Below, one piece after another: positions 13,295-26,202 of a stretch of 64,000 nt of DNA. Position 1 is the stretch's first letter. The number at the start of each line of letters is the position of its first letter. A program made the position numbers and the translations under genes. The stretch is from Octopus sinensis (taxonomy: Eukaryota): contig NC_042997.1 of NCBI RefSeq assembly GCF_006345805.1, forward strand, positions 92,256,001-92,320,000, in the 5' to 3' direction. A model generated the notes under the pieces. The model did not search any database and had not been told where the DNA came from. It saw nothing but the letters and a program-made list of their open reading frames with translations.

Positions 13295-16200
13295 AAGAGA
13301 TCGTAGAGTAGTCATCCTTTCTGGCTTGAAGTTGGGGAGAGCTTACATGTGGATATAACTGTGAAGTCTTGCTGGTTTTCTATGACCTGACGCTTGTAGG
13401 GATTGTCGCCCATTGCAACTTGAAGTAAGAACAACTTTATTTGTGTTTTACAAGCTATTTCGCACGTCGTTACCAGTTGTGAAAATACGTCTTAGTTTTT
13501 TTTTTCTCCTCGTTTTGGCGCCTTTCCGACCGCCGACGCGCGATAGCCACTAAAATTAGAATCAGTAGCGATATATTGAAACCGTTTGCTGGGGAAGGTG
13601 ATAATGTGGCCTGGATAAAAAAGGTGAGACTCGTGGCAAAGCTGCAGGGTACTGAAGATGTGGCTAGCCTTATGCCGCTGTACTTAAAAGGCAGTACGCT
13701 GAATCTCTACACAGAAATAAACAAAGCGGATCAGGTGAAAGTGGAAAAAATTGAAGAGCGTCTGAAGGACGCGTACTCGGAAGGGGCGTTCAAAACCTAG
13801 AGCAAGCTTGGGAGAGTAAGATGGACGGGCTAGTAGGCCGATAATTATGTGAGCGAGATAAAAAGGTTAGCGAGCTTAGCAGGGTTTACTGGAGAAGCGA
13901 TGGAGAGGATGAGCAGCGATGGAACGATAGAGCGATGAGGCTGGCTTTTGTGACCGGATATCCCGATCATATCTCAGTACGTTTGCAGCAAATGCCGGAC
14001 ATCGAAATGATGTCAGTAGGAGAAATGGTGGATAAGACGCGTGTGTTGATGCAAATCAACACACTCGACGTAGCGGCAACAGTGACGGCGGATATGTGTA
14101 GAACGAAGAGGCAAGCAACAACAGGAGTATGGTTAGACGAACTGCTAAGGGACCATGCTTTAGCTGTCGGGATCTGCACATGGTCAAGAAAAATCAATGG
14201 TAGTGTGTTACCGATGTGCCCATCTTCGGCACATAGCGAACTATTGTAAGCAGGGAAACGAGGAGAGGGGGAATTACTGAGCCGCTAGTCCCCATTCCGC
14301 AACCCAAAGAAGGCGTACTACCGGTCGTTGCCTGTAATAAGGTTTCTGGGGTCGGGAGGAAACACGAGCCCTGCTGGATACGGGTTTCACAACCATCCTG
14401 GTAAACATGAGGATAGTTGAGAGTTGGAGAGGAAACATCAGTCTCAGTGCGGTGGATGGCAGGGAAGTCAGATGATGTGTCAGCGAAATGGAACTGGAGA
14501 TACAGGGGTCAGTGTTGAAGCTGTAGGTGTTTGTAGTTGATGAGATGGTGGACTGTGTCGACGTAGTGGTCGAAATGGACGTGATCCACGTTTGGGCGGC
14601 GTCACGGTTGGTGGACCAAGAGTAAAATTTGGTGACCGGTGCGCTGTGTGCTGTGAGCGTGGAGCAGAGAAAGAAGGCTGTAGGAGTGACAGGTTATCGT
14701 CAACGAGAGGGGATACCGTAGGCGCAATTGAAGATGAGAAGTTCTGTGTTGATGGACGGTAGAGTACTATTGGAAAGAAGAACCCCATGCTGAGAAAAAG
14801 GGTAAGTTGCTATGAGCACACACTGAAAGGAGAAGCCAGGTTAGGGTTCGAGAGAGAGGTGGACAGAAGGATAGAGGAAGGTATTTTCATACCATAAAGA
14901 GAAGAGACGACAAGTGGTGTGTTGCTGCTGATGGTTGTAATTCAGCTGACAAAGAATAAAGTTCCAACAGTGATGGTCTTTCGAGAATTGAGCGAACATG
15001 TGTCCCACCACATGGACAGTGAGGCAGTGGTTGTGTGTGGGAAAACCCTGCAGGAGTGGATGCAAATAACAGGAGCGACTCCGATCGTCGACCTCAAGTT
15101 GGCCTATCTGCAGCTCCACGTGTCCGAGAAGTTGTGGAGGTACCAACTAGTGAGGTATAGAGCAGAACATATAGGCTGGATTTTGGCCTAAGTTCAGCGC
15201 CGAAGATCGTAGCGAAGGTTCTTAATGCGGTTTTAGGAAAAGAGACTAAAGTGGAGCAGGCTACCAGTTCATATACTGATGACATCCTGGTCGATGAGAG
15301 CGTAGCATAGGCAGAGGAAATTGTGAATCATCGTTAGAGGTTCGCATTGACAAAACCACAAGAGGCTATAGAATGAGGCTCAGGCTCGAACGAGATAAAG
15401 TGGGTAGACTTGTGTTTCGCAGAAAAACGAAATTCCGGACCTATATCAGGATATGGATAGTCGAGGGATGTTCTCGATGTGTGGCAAGCTGATAGATCAC
15501 TACCCTGTCGCAGGATAGATTCGAACGGCATGTAGCTATATCAAAAGGCGAGCACAAGGAGTGAACTGGGGTGATAAAGTGGAAGAGAAGACGACTGAGA
15601 GTGGGAACGGAAGATCCAGTGAAGGGCTAGGGTTAGGGTTAGGGCAGCTGGTATGTGCCTGACACACAAAAAAGAATCGTGTGGTGTGACGCAAGCAGTA
15701 TAGCGTTGGCAGTCATTCTAAAAACAGGAGGTGTTAAGGTGGAAGACGCGGCGTGGCTCAGGAAGAAGAACGACTACAACCACATCATTGTAGCTGAACT
15801 GGATGCTGTATTAAAGGTGCTGAACCTAGGACTGAGAGGGGGACTGCAAACTGTCAAGATTCGGACCGATTCCCACGGTACGGGGGCAGGTGGCATCAGT
15901 GATCACCAACCAGAAGAGGATCTACATGAAAGGGGCACGGAAATGGTGATTAAGCGTCGCCTGGGAACCGTGAGGGAGCTAGCCGCTGAGTTCGGCCTGA
16001 AGTTGCATGAGTTCTTCGTGCTCTGGGAAAAGAATAAGGCGGATGTTCTCACCAGAGTATAAAAGCACTGGTTGGAAACGACAAAGGATGTTTCGAATGG
16101 AGTGGTTGAAGCTTGTAGGCTGGAGGAGACTGAGGAGTTTGCACAACATGCACCAGATGGAGGTCGACAGGACGTTGTTTTTGGCCAGGACGGTCTACTC

Positions 16201-17345
16201 CGATGTCATCAGCGTTCGGAAGGTAGTGGGAAATTGCAACTTGTGCCAATCCATTGACCCTAAACCGAGTGCTCACGAAACAGGAAAAATTCGGGTGGAG
16301 GAAGACTGGAAGAGGCTAGCCATAGACGTGACACGCTATTGGGGAAAGGTATACCTTTCAATGGTCGACTATTGGCCGGGGTGAATGACTATATGGAGAG
16401 ATCAGGGCAGAGACTGCGGCCGAAATCGCAGAAGTACTGAACGCAGTGTTTTTGGAAAGAGGGCTTGTAGAGTTTTTCGCTCAGAGAAGCTCAGGGAGAT
16501 GTTCGAATGGTGGAACATAAAACGTTTCTTCAGAGCTGCATACAGGCCCGATGGAAATGGAATTGTGAAACGGCACCATCGTACGTCTGAGAAGGGACTG
16601 AGAGGGGAGGAATCTCCCCTTTGGAGGCAGTCTTCTGGTACAACATGTCGCCCAGGGCGGGGAAAATTGAAGAGTCAGTCCCGCAAAAGGCTATATTCCA
16701 GTATAAATGAATACAAACGAGTGTGGTGCCATAACAGCCAGAGGTGGAAGGGATCACATCTGTACAGGTCGGAGACGAAGTGTGGGCGAAGTCCCCGAAT
16801 GCTCGGTGTAGAACTTAGTGGGAGAAAGGAAGGGTGACTGCGATCAGTAGCCCGAATAATGTATCGGTAGATGCAATGCCGAGTCACGTTTTGGACATTT
16901 GAAAGGTGATTAGCTTCTCCGATGACGAAGAGGAGGGAGAGGTCGTCTCGTGACCCTGTTGAAATCTCAAAGGGAACGTCGCCCCGACCACAGGAGGATG
17001 GACGATTTCGAAACGGAATGGAGGAGCAGTGATTTTTAAATTAGGGATCGGGGACGTGTGGGGGAAGGATGAGTGACCAGAAGTGACGTCACGAAGGGAC
17101 AGGAAGGGAGAGGAAATGACGCCACGCCGAGAAGCGGCGGGTTCAAATAACTTCTTTCTTACGGGTCTGTGGCGAGCGAGAGATCTGTGCAGCGATCGAT
17201 TGTAGAGTAATAGTCCTTTCTGGCTAGAGGCTGGGGAGAGCTTACACGTGGATGCAACTGTGAGGTCTTGCTAGTTTCCTGAGACCTGACGTTTGGAGGG
17301 ATTGTCGCCGATTGCAGCTCGAGGTAAGAGCAACCTTTATTTGTG
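13295..17345 (+). mobile_element. Degenerate Gypsy LTR retrotransposon
   Basis: gag (KPFAGEGDNVAWIKKVRLVAKLQ, from 13576), protease ALLDTG (about 14370), RT remnants 14800-15500, RNase H VWCDASS (from 15655), integrase zinc finger and WKRLAIDVT (16130-16700). LTR homology 13300-13445 vs 17200-17345; purine-rich PPT before TGTGGGG at 17057. Confidence 0.9.
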
Positions 17346-18199
17346 CCGAAACTCGGATTGCTTCGTCACAGTTTGTCTCAACTCTGCTTTCTTTGTTCTT
17401 ATTAATTTATTTGTACTTCAGTACTCAGCAAGTACTCTAACCTTATTTCTTTTATATATGAAAAATTATCTGAAGGTCACTTCAAACCGCAAGCAGTTCC
17501 CGATAGAGGACATCATCCCTCAACCTTTTCTCTTCCTTATTTCCCGAACACAAACTTCTTCCAAGACTATGAAACTGAAAACATCTACTAACCAGCAGCA
17601 ATGTAAATGGAATATTATTTGTACTACCTCTCTCAGTTAATTTGAGTCACTTTATCCTTCAGTTTTGGAGGCGTAAAATATGGCTATGGGTGTAGCTCAC
17701 TTCTAAACTAAAAAATAAAAAAAGCTCTCTCGTCAGTATCGGTTACAATTGGAGTGGCATTTCGTTACCTAGCTGTCTAAACATAAATTCTTTACTACTG
17801 ACATCAATAGATGTCCAATGAATTTTACAGTCGAAGCTTCACTTCTTTAGTTAGAGCATCATGGCAGAAATCCAATTTTTCCTAAGCTTGCTAGATTTAT
17901 CTGACATTTTCATTTGGTATCCTACTGTTTGAGATTCACCCCCCCCCCACCAAAACAGAACAAAAACAAATAAAAATAACAATGTATAAATAATCGTCAT
18001 TGTTTTCATTCTGCCAAAATGCTATCCTAAGTCACTGACACTCTAAATGAAACTCGTTCAAATCTCTGATTCATTCACAAAGGGCATCATCTCACACACC
18101 AATCCTTCTTTATTTTCTGTACACAAATTTCATCCAATCCGAACTACTTTTAGCAATCACTCGCGACTGACACTCAGCTTGATAGCGACTGACTTCGCA

Positions 18200-18490
18200 T
18201 CGGCGTTTCCCTGAAGCTTGGCCTCCAGATCTGTGAAACTCACAAATATCGCTGCGGATCCACTATGGATTCTTTCGGTCTCCACCTATCGTCATGCCAT
18301 CATAGTGCTGGCCCCCTTCCACGTTATGCTGCCCTTAACGAAATCATAAAGCATGGCCTAGACGCCGCAGCTCGAGCCAGTGGGGTGAGACCGAAGATAC
18401 GGTAAACGGCATGACCGTATGATAACTTTCAATTTTCCTGATCAATGATGGTAGGCCCTTCATCTGGGATGTCACGTGCTGTGACATCTT
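18200..18490 (+). pseudogene. CRE-clade (restriction-like endonuclease) LINE fragment
   Basis: LRIGVSLKLGLQICETHKYRCGSTMDSFGLHLSSC..RYAALNEII..GKRHD..IWDVTCCD; homologous to 26203-27290. Confidence 0.7.
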
Positions 18491-21059
18491 CTTCTACTGA
18501 CATTAAGTTTAAGGATTATATAATGTACAAGTATAAAGAAAGAATTAAAGAAAAAAGGACTCATTATATTGAATGTTATCGATGATATCGAGTGGAAATC
18601 GGGGGTGCTGCAGTTCTGCAGTGCCTATACACGAGCCGCCACTGGTCCTCATACCAACCTACACCAATGCTATACTGGCGCACATTTTTGGCTAGCAACA
18701 TCAGCAGCAACTGCTACAATGACAACAGTAGGAAGCAACGGCAATAGTCATTATCTTTTTATAATATATTAGTGCGCCATTTCGATCATCTACTCAGACC
18801 TACTAGTGCCTACGTCATCACATTTAATAACCAACACAATAATTTTAGTACTCTCGGTAATAAAAACATCACGAGCTCACACCTAGGATATTCATAGGTT
18901 CAACACCGTTACCAAATCTTATCATCTTTCACAAATACAGTTTTTATAATATCGAATTCTACAACGAACTATTTCACTTGTTTAATGATACATCGAAAAT
19001 ACGTGGTACCAAGGAACGCAATATTATATGCGTATGTGTACTTTAGACTCACATAAGTTTCTACAGATTCACTTGCATGAAAACAAACAGATTCTGTGGA
19101 ATAATTCGTAAGTCGCGCGCACGACATGCAGACATATCTACATCACGGGTGTAGCATGTTACTTCTTCCCCCCATATACATTTTTGTGCAGACACCCATA
19201 TATAAATTCATGCTGTGTTGGGTAGAATGCTTCACAGAATTAGTTCTGACTTGTTGAGTCCAAACCCTCTCTCGAGCTTGTATCTTCACATCAGTGGTGG
19301 AGGTTGATGGGCGTCTTGCTCCCTCTTCATGATTCGCGCTTGTCCGGCCATTTTCCATTTAAATACGGGGTAGAGCGCTATACCCGTGTTGTACTGAAAG
19401 CTTGCAATGAATTTTCTTCTCCGACACACCTTCAGACAAGAAAAATCAAATCATTGATCTCTGTTCTTACTTGGTGTTTACTACCAGCGGAGCGGTCATA
19501 CTTACTCTGTAACGCAAAAGAGAAGACCAGAGTGATCATGGTCAAACCTCAGTTACGTAACCAAAGGAGTACCACCTCTTAGCACGGGTGCGCTGAAGGC
19601 TGTGCGGCCAGCCTAAAGAAAGTTTTGGCGAAGGTGCGAATATTCTTTGACTTCTACAAGCATGTATGTATATATATATGCATCACCAGCTACCACTGTT
19701 CTAGGATATATATATGGTACATATGTATTTTACGTATTTTCTTTCTGTATATTATTTTGTAGCGGTCGAAAACGAAGTTTCATATCATATGTATCTTTAT
19801 TGTGGTCGATCATACCTAGTCGATCATAGCAGCAAAACTGCTTAACTGATTAGTGGAGAATCTGAATCTGAAAACTATTTTAACTGTTATCACATACCTT
19901 TGTTTCTTTTCCTCGAATTTACAATTCTTTACACTCTCAAATTTCACATTCATTGTAAGTTATTTCTATTTTCATGTATGATAAATGTCTAACGGATGAA
20001 GTTAATTAGTAAACAATAATATGAGATGTCGGCTTTGTAATCAGTTTGGAAGGATTGGTTCTTCGTTGATTGCCATTATGTAAAGATGAAAGAACAGTGA
20101 TTGAAGTTGTGAAGAAAATATTCATTCACCGTTACATCGAATATACCTTGCCTCGACGGGCAGGTGATAAAATCCTAGAGTGTGCGAAGTAAAAAAAGTT
20201 AATTTCGGCCTGTGTGTTCTTATTGTAGAAGTGTGTTCTTATTGTAGTACTAAACCATTGAGAGAGATATGGTAAAGTGCAGAGAAGACAAAGTGAGCTA
20301 GTGAAAGTGAGAGAGTGTAGAAAGTGTCTTATAGCTGCTGACAGTAAATTTCATTTCTCCCTTTGACCATTGTCTTTAGTAGCTACCTTGCTTGTAATCA
20401 TGATTCTAGCGTTCCGCTCCCAAACTTTTACTCGAGTTGTCATTCATTAACTGAGTAGTTGTCATGAGCCGACTGATTTATCACCAAGTCATTAACTGAT
20501 TTTTGCTTGGGGATTCTTGTTTTTATAACTATCCAGAAGGATAGACATATCGTTGAGAACAATAGATTTCGTTGGTGGTACTTGTTATCTTAATTCTAGC
20601 TTTTGGTGGATTAGAAGAGGTTAGAAGGGTCAAGTGGTGAAGACATTATTTCGGCCTTGCTAAAGCATCTGGCAAATTTAAACTGCCACAGAAAAACTAT
20701 TGTTCTACCGTGAGGAAATTTCTGTTGAAGTATTAATTTAAATTTGGCTATGGTGGATCGAATCCATTTCATGCCTGCAAGATCCACTACAAATGCAAGT
20801 GCTTCTCTAACTTTTAAACTATCAACCTCTTTCTTTTACCAACATTGTGATAGAAACCAGTGACATCCTATAATTTCTTCTTAACGTTGTATATAAAATA
20901 ACCAAATGCATAGAACATACCTCCGTTTAGTATAACATGAAAACCGGACGTATATTTTATATAAGATGAAAATAATCACATTTATAGAAAAACATACGAG
21001 TCATTAATGCTGGAAATGGGATTCGTGAATAGTTTTTTACTATCTCCGAATTGGTTTCA

Positions 21060-21260
21060 CCGAACATGTTCATGAAGATATGATGAATTAATCATCACTA
21101 GTTTCACATTATCACCTAGGACTCTTCTTGGCGGGTATCCATCGCTCTTCTACTGCCTGTGTATGGATGCTGTCATCATTTGGATCAACCTACTATACTC
21201 AACTTCATGAGTATAGTAGTTACTGAGGCCATCATAAGAAGCCCACTCATTGGATACCAA
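21060..21260 (-). pseudogene. Merlin / IS1595-like DDE transposase fragment
   Basis: Minus-strand translation gives SNEWASY and VDPNDDSIHTQAVEERW, resembling the Merlin SDEW.AY and VDP..G.HTQ.IE..W motifs. Confidence 0.5.
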
Positions 21261-22079
21261 AAGTGTTTTGTGAAATTTGGGCACGTTACTGTCGTCACTT
21301 CCGGTTTATGTCGCAATTTACTTTTATTTTTTAGGATAGTTTACTTTCACTTTTTGACGACGGTAAACTGAATTTTAACCCACTTCTCAGCTCTCTCTTC
21401 CTACAATTCAACATAATTAAACGCACTTCAAAAAATTGTTGCCGATAGTTTGATCATTATTAAAAGACTTCTTGGAATATCATAACAACATTTCAACCAT
21501 TAATATTACTACTAGCTGATACGCACACAAAATAAAAATTGAAAATATTTTTGAAAATTAAAAGCTATGTCTATAGACTTCCTTCATTCTCCCTTCGTCC
21601 TCAGTACTCACATGAAATTTAAAAAAAACCCTGGTGGCGATACAGTCCACTTTGAAAAGCACTGAAATATGTCTTCTACCATACTTAGGGGTATTCATGA
21701 ACAGTATTCGTGAATTACACAAAGGTGTATCTTAGGAGCAATTTTAGATGTACATAGAAAACCCACACAAAGTGAATGTAATTGTATTAAAAATAGGAGA
21801 TAAATAACCATCTTATAGAACGTGAAACAGAAAGAGCTTCTGGTTAATTTGAGAAGAAAAAAAAGAGAGAACATACGGTTGCATTAAGACCACTAGTAGG
21901 ATGGCTGGTGACATTAATTCGGTTTATGTCCAGTTTATGTTCATTGTAGTTGATAGGAAAATGTGGAAAATTATATTTGATTGCGATTGGTCCTATTGAC
22001 TCACGTACCTCTGATGTTCAACTCTACATACATATATTTTTATAACCAATTGATATGTATATATATATATATGGGGGGT

Positions 22080-22286
22080 GGGTGGAGAGAATTCACAAAA
22101 AAACCCCAAAAAACAAAAGACGAAGACAGATGGTGTAGTCAACAAAAAGATGTATTAGTTTAACGCTCGGGAAGTGAAAAAGTCTTTAATGTTTCGAGCC
22201 TACGTTCTTCCACAGAAAGGAACACAGAAAGAAACAAGGAGAGAAAATAAAGAATGTGTAGTGGCCATCGATCTTTCATGGGGAAA

Positions 22287-22290
<4 letters not shown>
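22080..22290 (-). mobile_element. Short dispersed repeat with a decayed HHR-like core, related in architecture to 48975-49190 and 61757-61960
   Basis: Minus strand TTTCTGTGGAAGAACGTAGGCTCGAAACATTAAAGA inside a pyrimidine-rich unit next to (TA)n. Confidence 0.4.
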
Positions 22291-22319
<29 letters not shown>

Positions 22320-22495
22320 GTAACACCTGAAATTAATCTGCTAAAATACTAATGAAATGTAGGCGGAATCGCAGGTTAAATTAGTTAAGTTCAAGGTTCC
22401 ATATTTCTTCTGTAATAAATCAAAATAAAAAAATGCATGCAATTTCAGTATTAGATTTGTAAGTGCAAATTAAATAGAAATTATTTTCTTATTGG

Positions 22496-24540
22496 CAATG
22501 GTGGGCACAGCTAACCAAAAAGTTAGCTTCGCTAACCGCTTATCCACTAATTAAAAAAGTTAGCTTCACAAACGCTAAATCGCTAAACAGGTAAAAAAAA
22601 ATTATCGGAAGCCATCGCTAACTGGTAACCGCTAACTTTTGCCATATGAATTTAGCTTCCGTTTGTTTTTTTTTGGGCTCTAAACCCCTTAAAAACAGAC
22701 CTAGAGAGCTGAAATTTTCATGTTGTAACTTAGACGTAGAGCTTTCCAAAAAAGGTATAGCTTGCCAAGATCAGATGATGATCAATGTGTACGTAAATAA
22801 TTAAATGAACAAATGAAAGTAAACATTAGTTTTCAGTCAACATACATTTTATTTACTGTACAAAAAGTATTAAACGAATCAAAAAGTTATTGTATAGCCT
22901 AGGAATCTTGCCAAGATCAGATGGTGATCTAGGTGTACTACTCTGGCTGGGCCTTCTCCATCGCCTCGACGTGATGCTGGTTATCCTTTATAAAATCAGC
23001 CTGTTAAAGTTACCATCTGTCAGGGTCGCTCTCTTGGTCCTCAAAATATCTTTGTCTATAGAGAATAAGCGCTCAACTGCAGCACTGGATGGGATGGCAG
23101 TGTTATACTTGGTGAACAGGTCGATCAAGACCTGCTCACCCAAAAAGGTGACTTCAGTCAGGACCTCCTTCGAGACGGCCTCTAGCCAGGTCTTCACCAA
23201 GTTCTGCGCCTTGAAATTCAGTGACGTGTGGATCCTGCTCTCTCAGAACCGAATGATGCTGCTGAAGAAATTATCTTCGTCATCCTGGTGATGCTGCTGC
23301 CCTCCTCATTGGTCTCCATTAGAGCTGTCTCTATGACGGTCTCTGCTAACAGCCAGGTTACTCTGCTAACCTGGCTGTTATTATACTGCTCCAGCTAGAA
23401 CAGGCAAAACTTGGGATGGAAGGCAGCGGTAAGCTGGCATCCCAGGTCTTCTAGGAGGAGCCCAAACCTTTTCGTGATGTCTGCCAGTATTGCGTCTACC
23501 AGAGGAGTGCAGTACAAGAGATGTTTGAACTTGACCTCTTTTAACTTCACGACAGTAGCCGCTACAGTTGGCAGAAAGCACCCGAGGCCTGGTCCTTCCC
23601 CTGGATTTCATCCAAGGCCTTGTGCGTACTCCGTCAGGAAGCCACATCAGAATCAGTGAAGGTCTGCAGCTTCGGCTGTGTCACCACCCTATGGACAGCT
23701 CCCCTATTCTTCTCTAGCAGCTCGTTGAGGGCAATAACATAGTCATAGGTAGAGTTCCATCTGGTATCAACGCGTCCAGAATGCTGTCTGCCTCCACCGT
23801 GCCGCGGCTCTGCAGACTCCACAGCTGCTGTGCTTTGGACATGATCTTCCTGTAGGCCGACTTGAACGAAGCGCTGTCAAGAGCCTTGTCGGCATCTACG
23901 CTGGTTACCAATTTGAAGGTATGGGCTGTGCACTTCATGTGCACAGGCAGGTTGAGGCTCAGGCCACTGGACTCGTCAAGGACGGCATCAACAGAGATGT
24001 ACTCAACTTCATCCACATCCCCAGCCTCGGGATCCACGTCCAGGACCAAATCCACGACGCCCTCCACTTCCGGATCGGTAGCAGCCTCAGGAATGTCTGA
24101 CAAGAGTTCAACCTCTATGCCAAACTGCATAAATGCCTTGATTTTTATCGTTGTCCGTTGTGGCCCTGGTTACCTTGTTTTGCAGATGGAACTTGTAATG
24201 GGTGTCCACCATGGCCTGGACAAGAACATCAAAGGTGTGATGTCCTCTGAGCCGAGAGCGGAGGCAGTCTTGTGCGGGTCTTGGGGTCCAACCAGTGTGC
24301 CATCATCCTCAGGTAGTGTGCCGTCATCCCTACAACTTGACCTCCTTGTTGTGGGCCGACCAGCAGTCCGTGGTGGTCGCCACCCAGGAGACATCTTTGA
24401 ACAATCTGTAATTAAAAATGTTAAATTGTAAAGAGATATAAGTCGCAAAGTTAAGAACTTGAAATTATATATATACAAATATGTAAGAAAAAATTATAAT
24501 CATTGTAATTATAATTAAATTTATGCATTGTCGTTTTCCT
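22496..24540 (-). mobile_element. hAT transposon, 3' half (exon 2 onward and 3' TIR), pseudogenised
   Basis: TIR CAATGGTGGGCAC at 22496; subterminal GCTAAC repeats. Translation includes VATTTDCWSAHNK, KVTRATTDN, IKAFMQFG, HMKCTAHTFKL, TRWNSTYD and the dimerisation domain TAIPSSAAVERLFS. Splice acceptor TTTTAATTACAG ends at 24406. Confidence 0.9.
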
Positions 24541-25116
24541 CAGTGTGAGGAATTTTTGGAAGATCATCAAAAAAAGTTTGATAAAAGAAAATAAGGGAGG
24601 CTACAGATGGGGTAATAGGGAAAAATCGAATGTTTACAAACAAGTTGTAAAAGGGGGGAAAATAATAGTGAGAGAGACGAAAGAGAAAAAGAAAGACATA
24701 TCAATGTGTATGCAAGTCTATATGTGCAGTAAACAATAACATGAAAATAAAAGTATAACGGATATGTTTAAAGAAATAATAACAGGTCGAGACGAAGTAT
24801 AATGTAAACAAGGCCATGTGTGTATAGTAGAATATAACGCAACATTTTCATTAGCAGAAAAAAACCATAGAGCATTATACGTATACATATTAATATTGAA
24901 AAACGAAACAAATATATTACAAGAGGCCTAAAGTTGATAGGCAAGACTATGTTTGAAAAAGATACAATATATAAGTTAAAATGTACATACAAGCAGAGAA
25001 AAAACAAAAAGAACTTAACAAAGAAAAAGCAACGATCACAGACAGGACCAGTCAGTGTACCCAAGAGAGTTACCCTACTCAAAAGCTAGCCCGGGGTAGG
25101 GGAGACAGTAAAAAAA

Positions 25117-25717
25117 GAATCGCCCCATGAGTGGATTCCTCATGTGTTTAAATGTACACTGTATCTTATGACTAATACATAGTCTTTTGGACTAAATTTT
25201 TACGTTAGACCACTGGAAATGTAAATTTTAATTAATTTCCATTTCCCTTTGATATGATTAAATATTGTAAGTTTTTGGATAATTTTCGGCGAAGGGCTGC
25301 GTCTGCGCAGTAGATCTTGAAAAAGTTAGGATGTATAAACAAGGGACACGTAGTTTGATCGCCTCGTGTTTATATGTTTAACCCTAGGAGTTCCTGCTGA
25401 AGACGATTTCACCTGGCGAGTGTATATGTTATTCATTCACTTGCTAAACTAAAATCAGAAACCAACTGGTCCAGGAAACTAGATGGTAAAATGTTTTTAT
25501 TTTTTCATTTCGTTCCTGTCGAATTTTATCCCTAATTTTGTGGTTATAAAACCTAACTGTTCTTTCTAGCCTGTTGAATCCCACGAGTAGATTCCTTATG
25601 TGTTTAAATGTACACTGTATTTTATGAGTAATACATAGTCTTTGAACTAAATTTTTACATGCTAGGCCATTGGAAGTGAAAATTTCTATTAATTTCCATT
25701 TCCCTTTGATATGATTA
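25117..25717 (+). mobile_element. Retrozyme-like non-coding element: about 1.3 tandem units of about 457 bp with one HHR
   Basis: Direct repeats 25125-25260 and 25581-25717 (GATTCCT at 25134 and 25590; TGATATGATTA ending at 25260 and 25717) enclose the HHR at 25391-25477; the element ends in (TA)n. Confidence 0.7.
25391..25477 (+). ncRNA. Type I hammerhead ribozyme with canonical core and GUC site
   Basis: TTCCTG, CTGAAGA (25397-25403), helix II C-GATTT..AAATC-A with inner hairpin GGCGAGTG/CACTTGCT, GAAA (25458-25461), CCAACTGG, TC (25470-25471), CAGGAA. Confidence 0.75.
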
Positions 25718-26202
25718 TATATATATATAAGTATACATACACATACATACATACATACATACACACACAAATACACACATACACACACGCACGCACGCAC
25801 ACACACAACACACACACACACACACACATATATATATGTATGAAAACATGAGCACAAGTGCATAAACATGCCCACACAAGCACACTTACATACATGCGCA
25901 CACAGAGAAGACATACATACACATATACCTAAGAGTATAATAAGAACTAATAAAAAAAAATATGTTTTGTGTTTATTTATTTCATGTTTACTGAGATACA
26001 CTTTAAGTTTAAACTGACCTTCCTTAACAAATCATTATAACATAATGATATAAATTTTGGGATATATCTGATGTTTCAACCAATATAGACCGATTTGTAT
26101 ATTGTATCATTGAATTATTATATTAAAAAATGCTTACAAAATAGAAACGTGCTGACTTTTTGTATGGCATAATCCTGCCTTAAAGATATATATACACATA
26201 TA

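Noticed and set aside
19585-19640. CTGAAGG..GAAAG with an AGGCTG/CAGCCT hairpin as an HHR
   Set aside because: A9 is missing, there are extra bases before GAAA, and there is no helix III or stem I.
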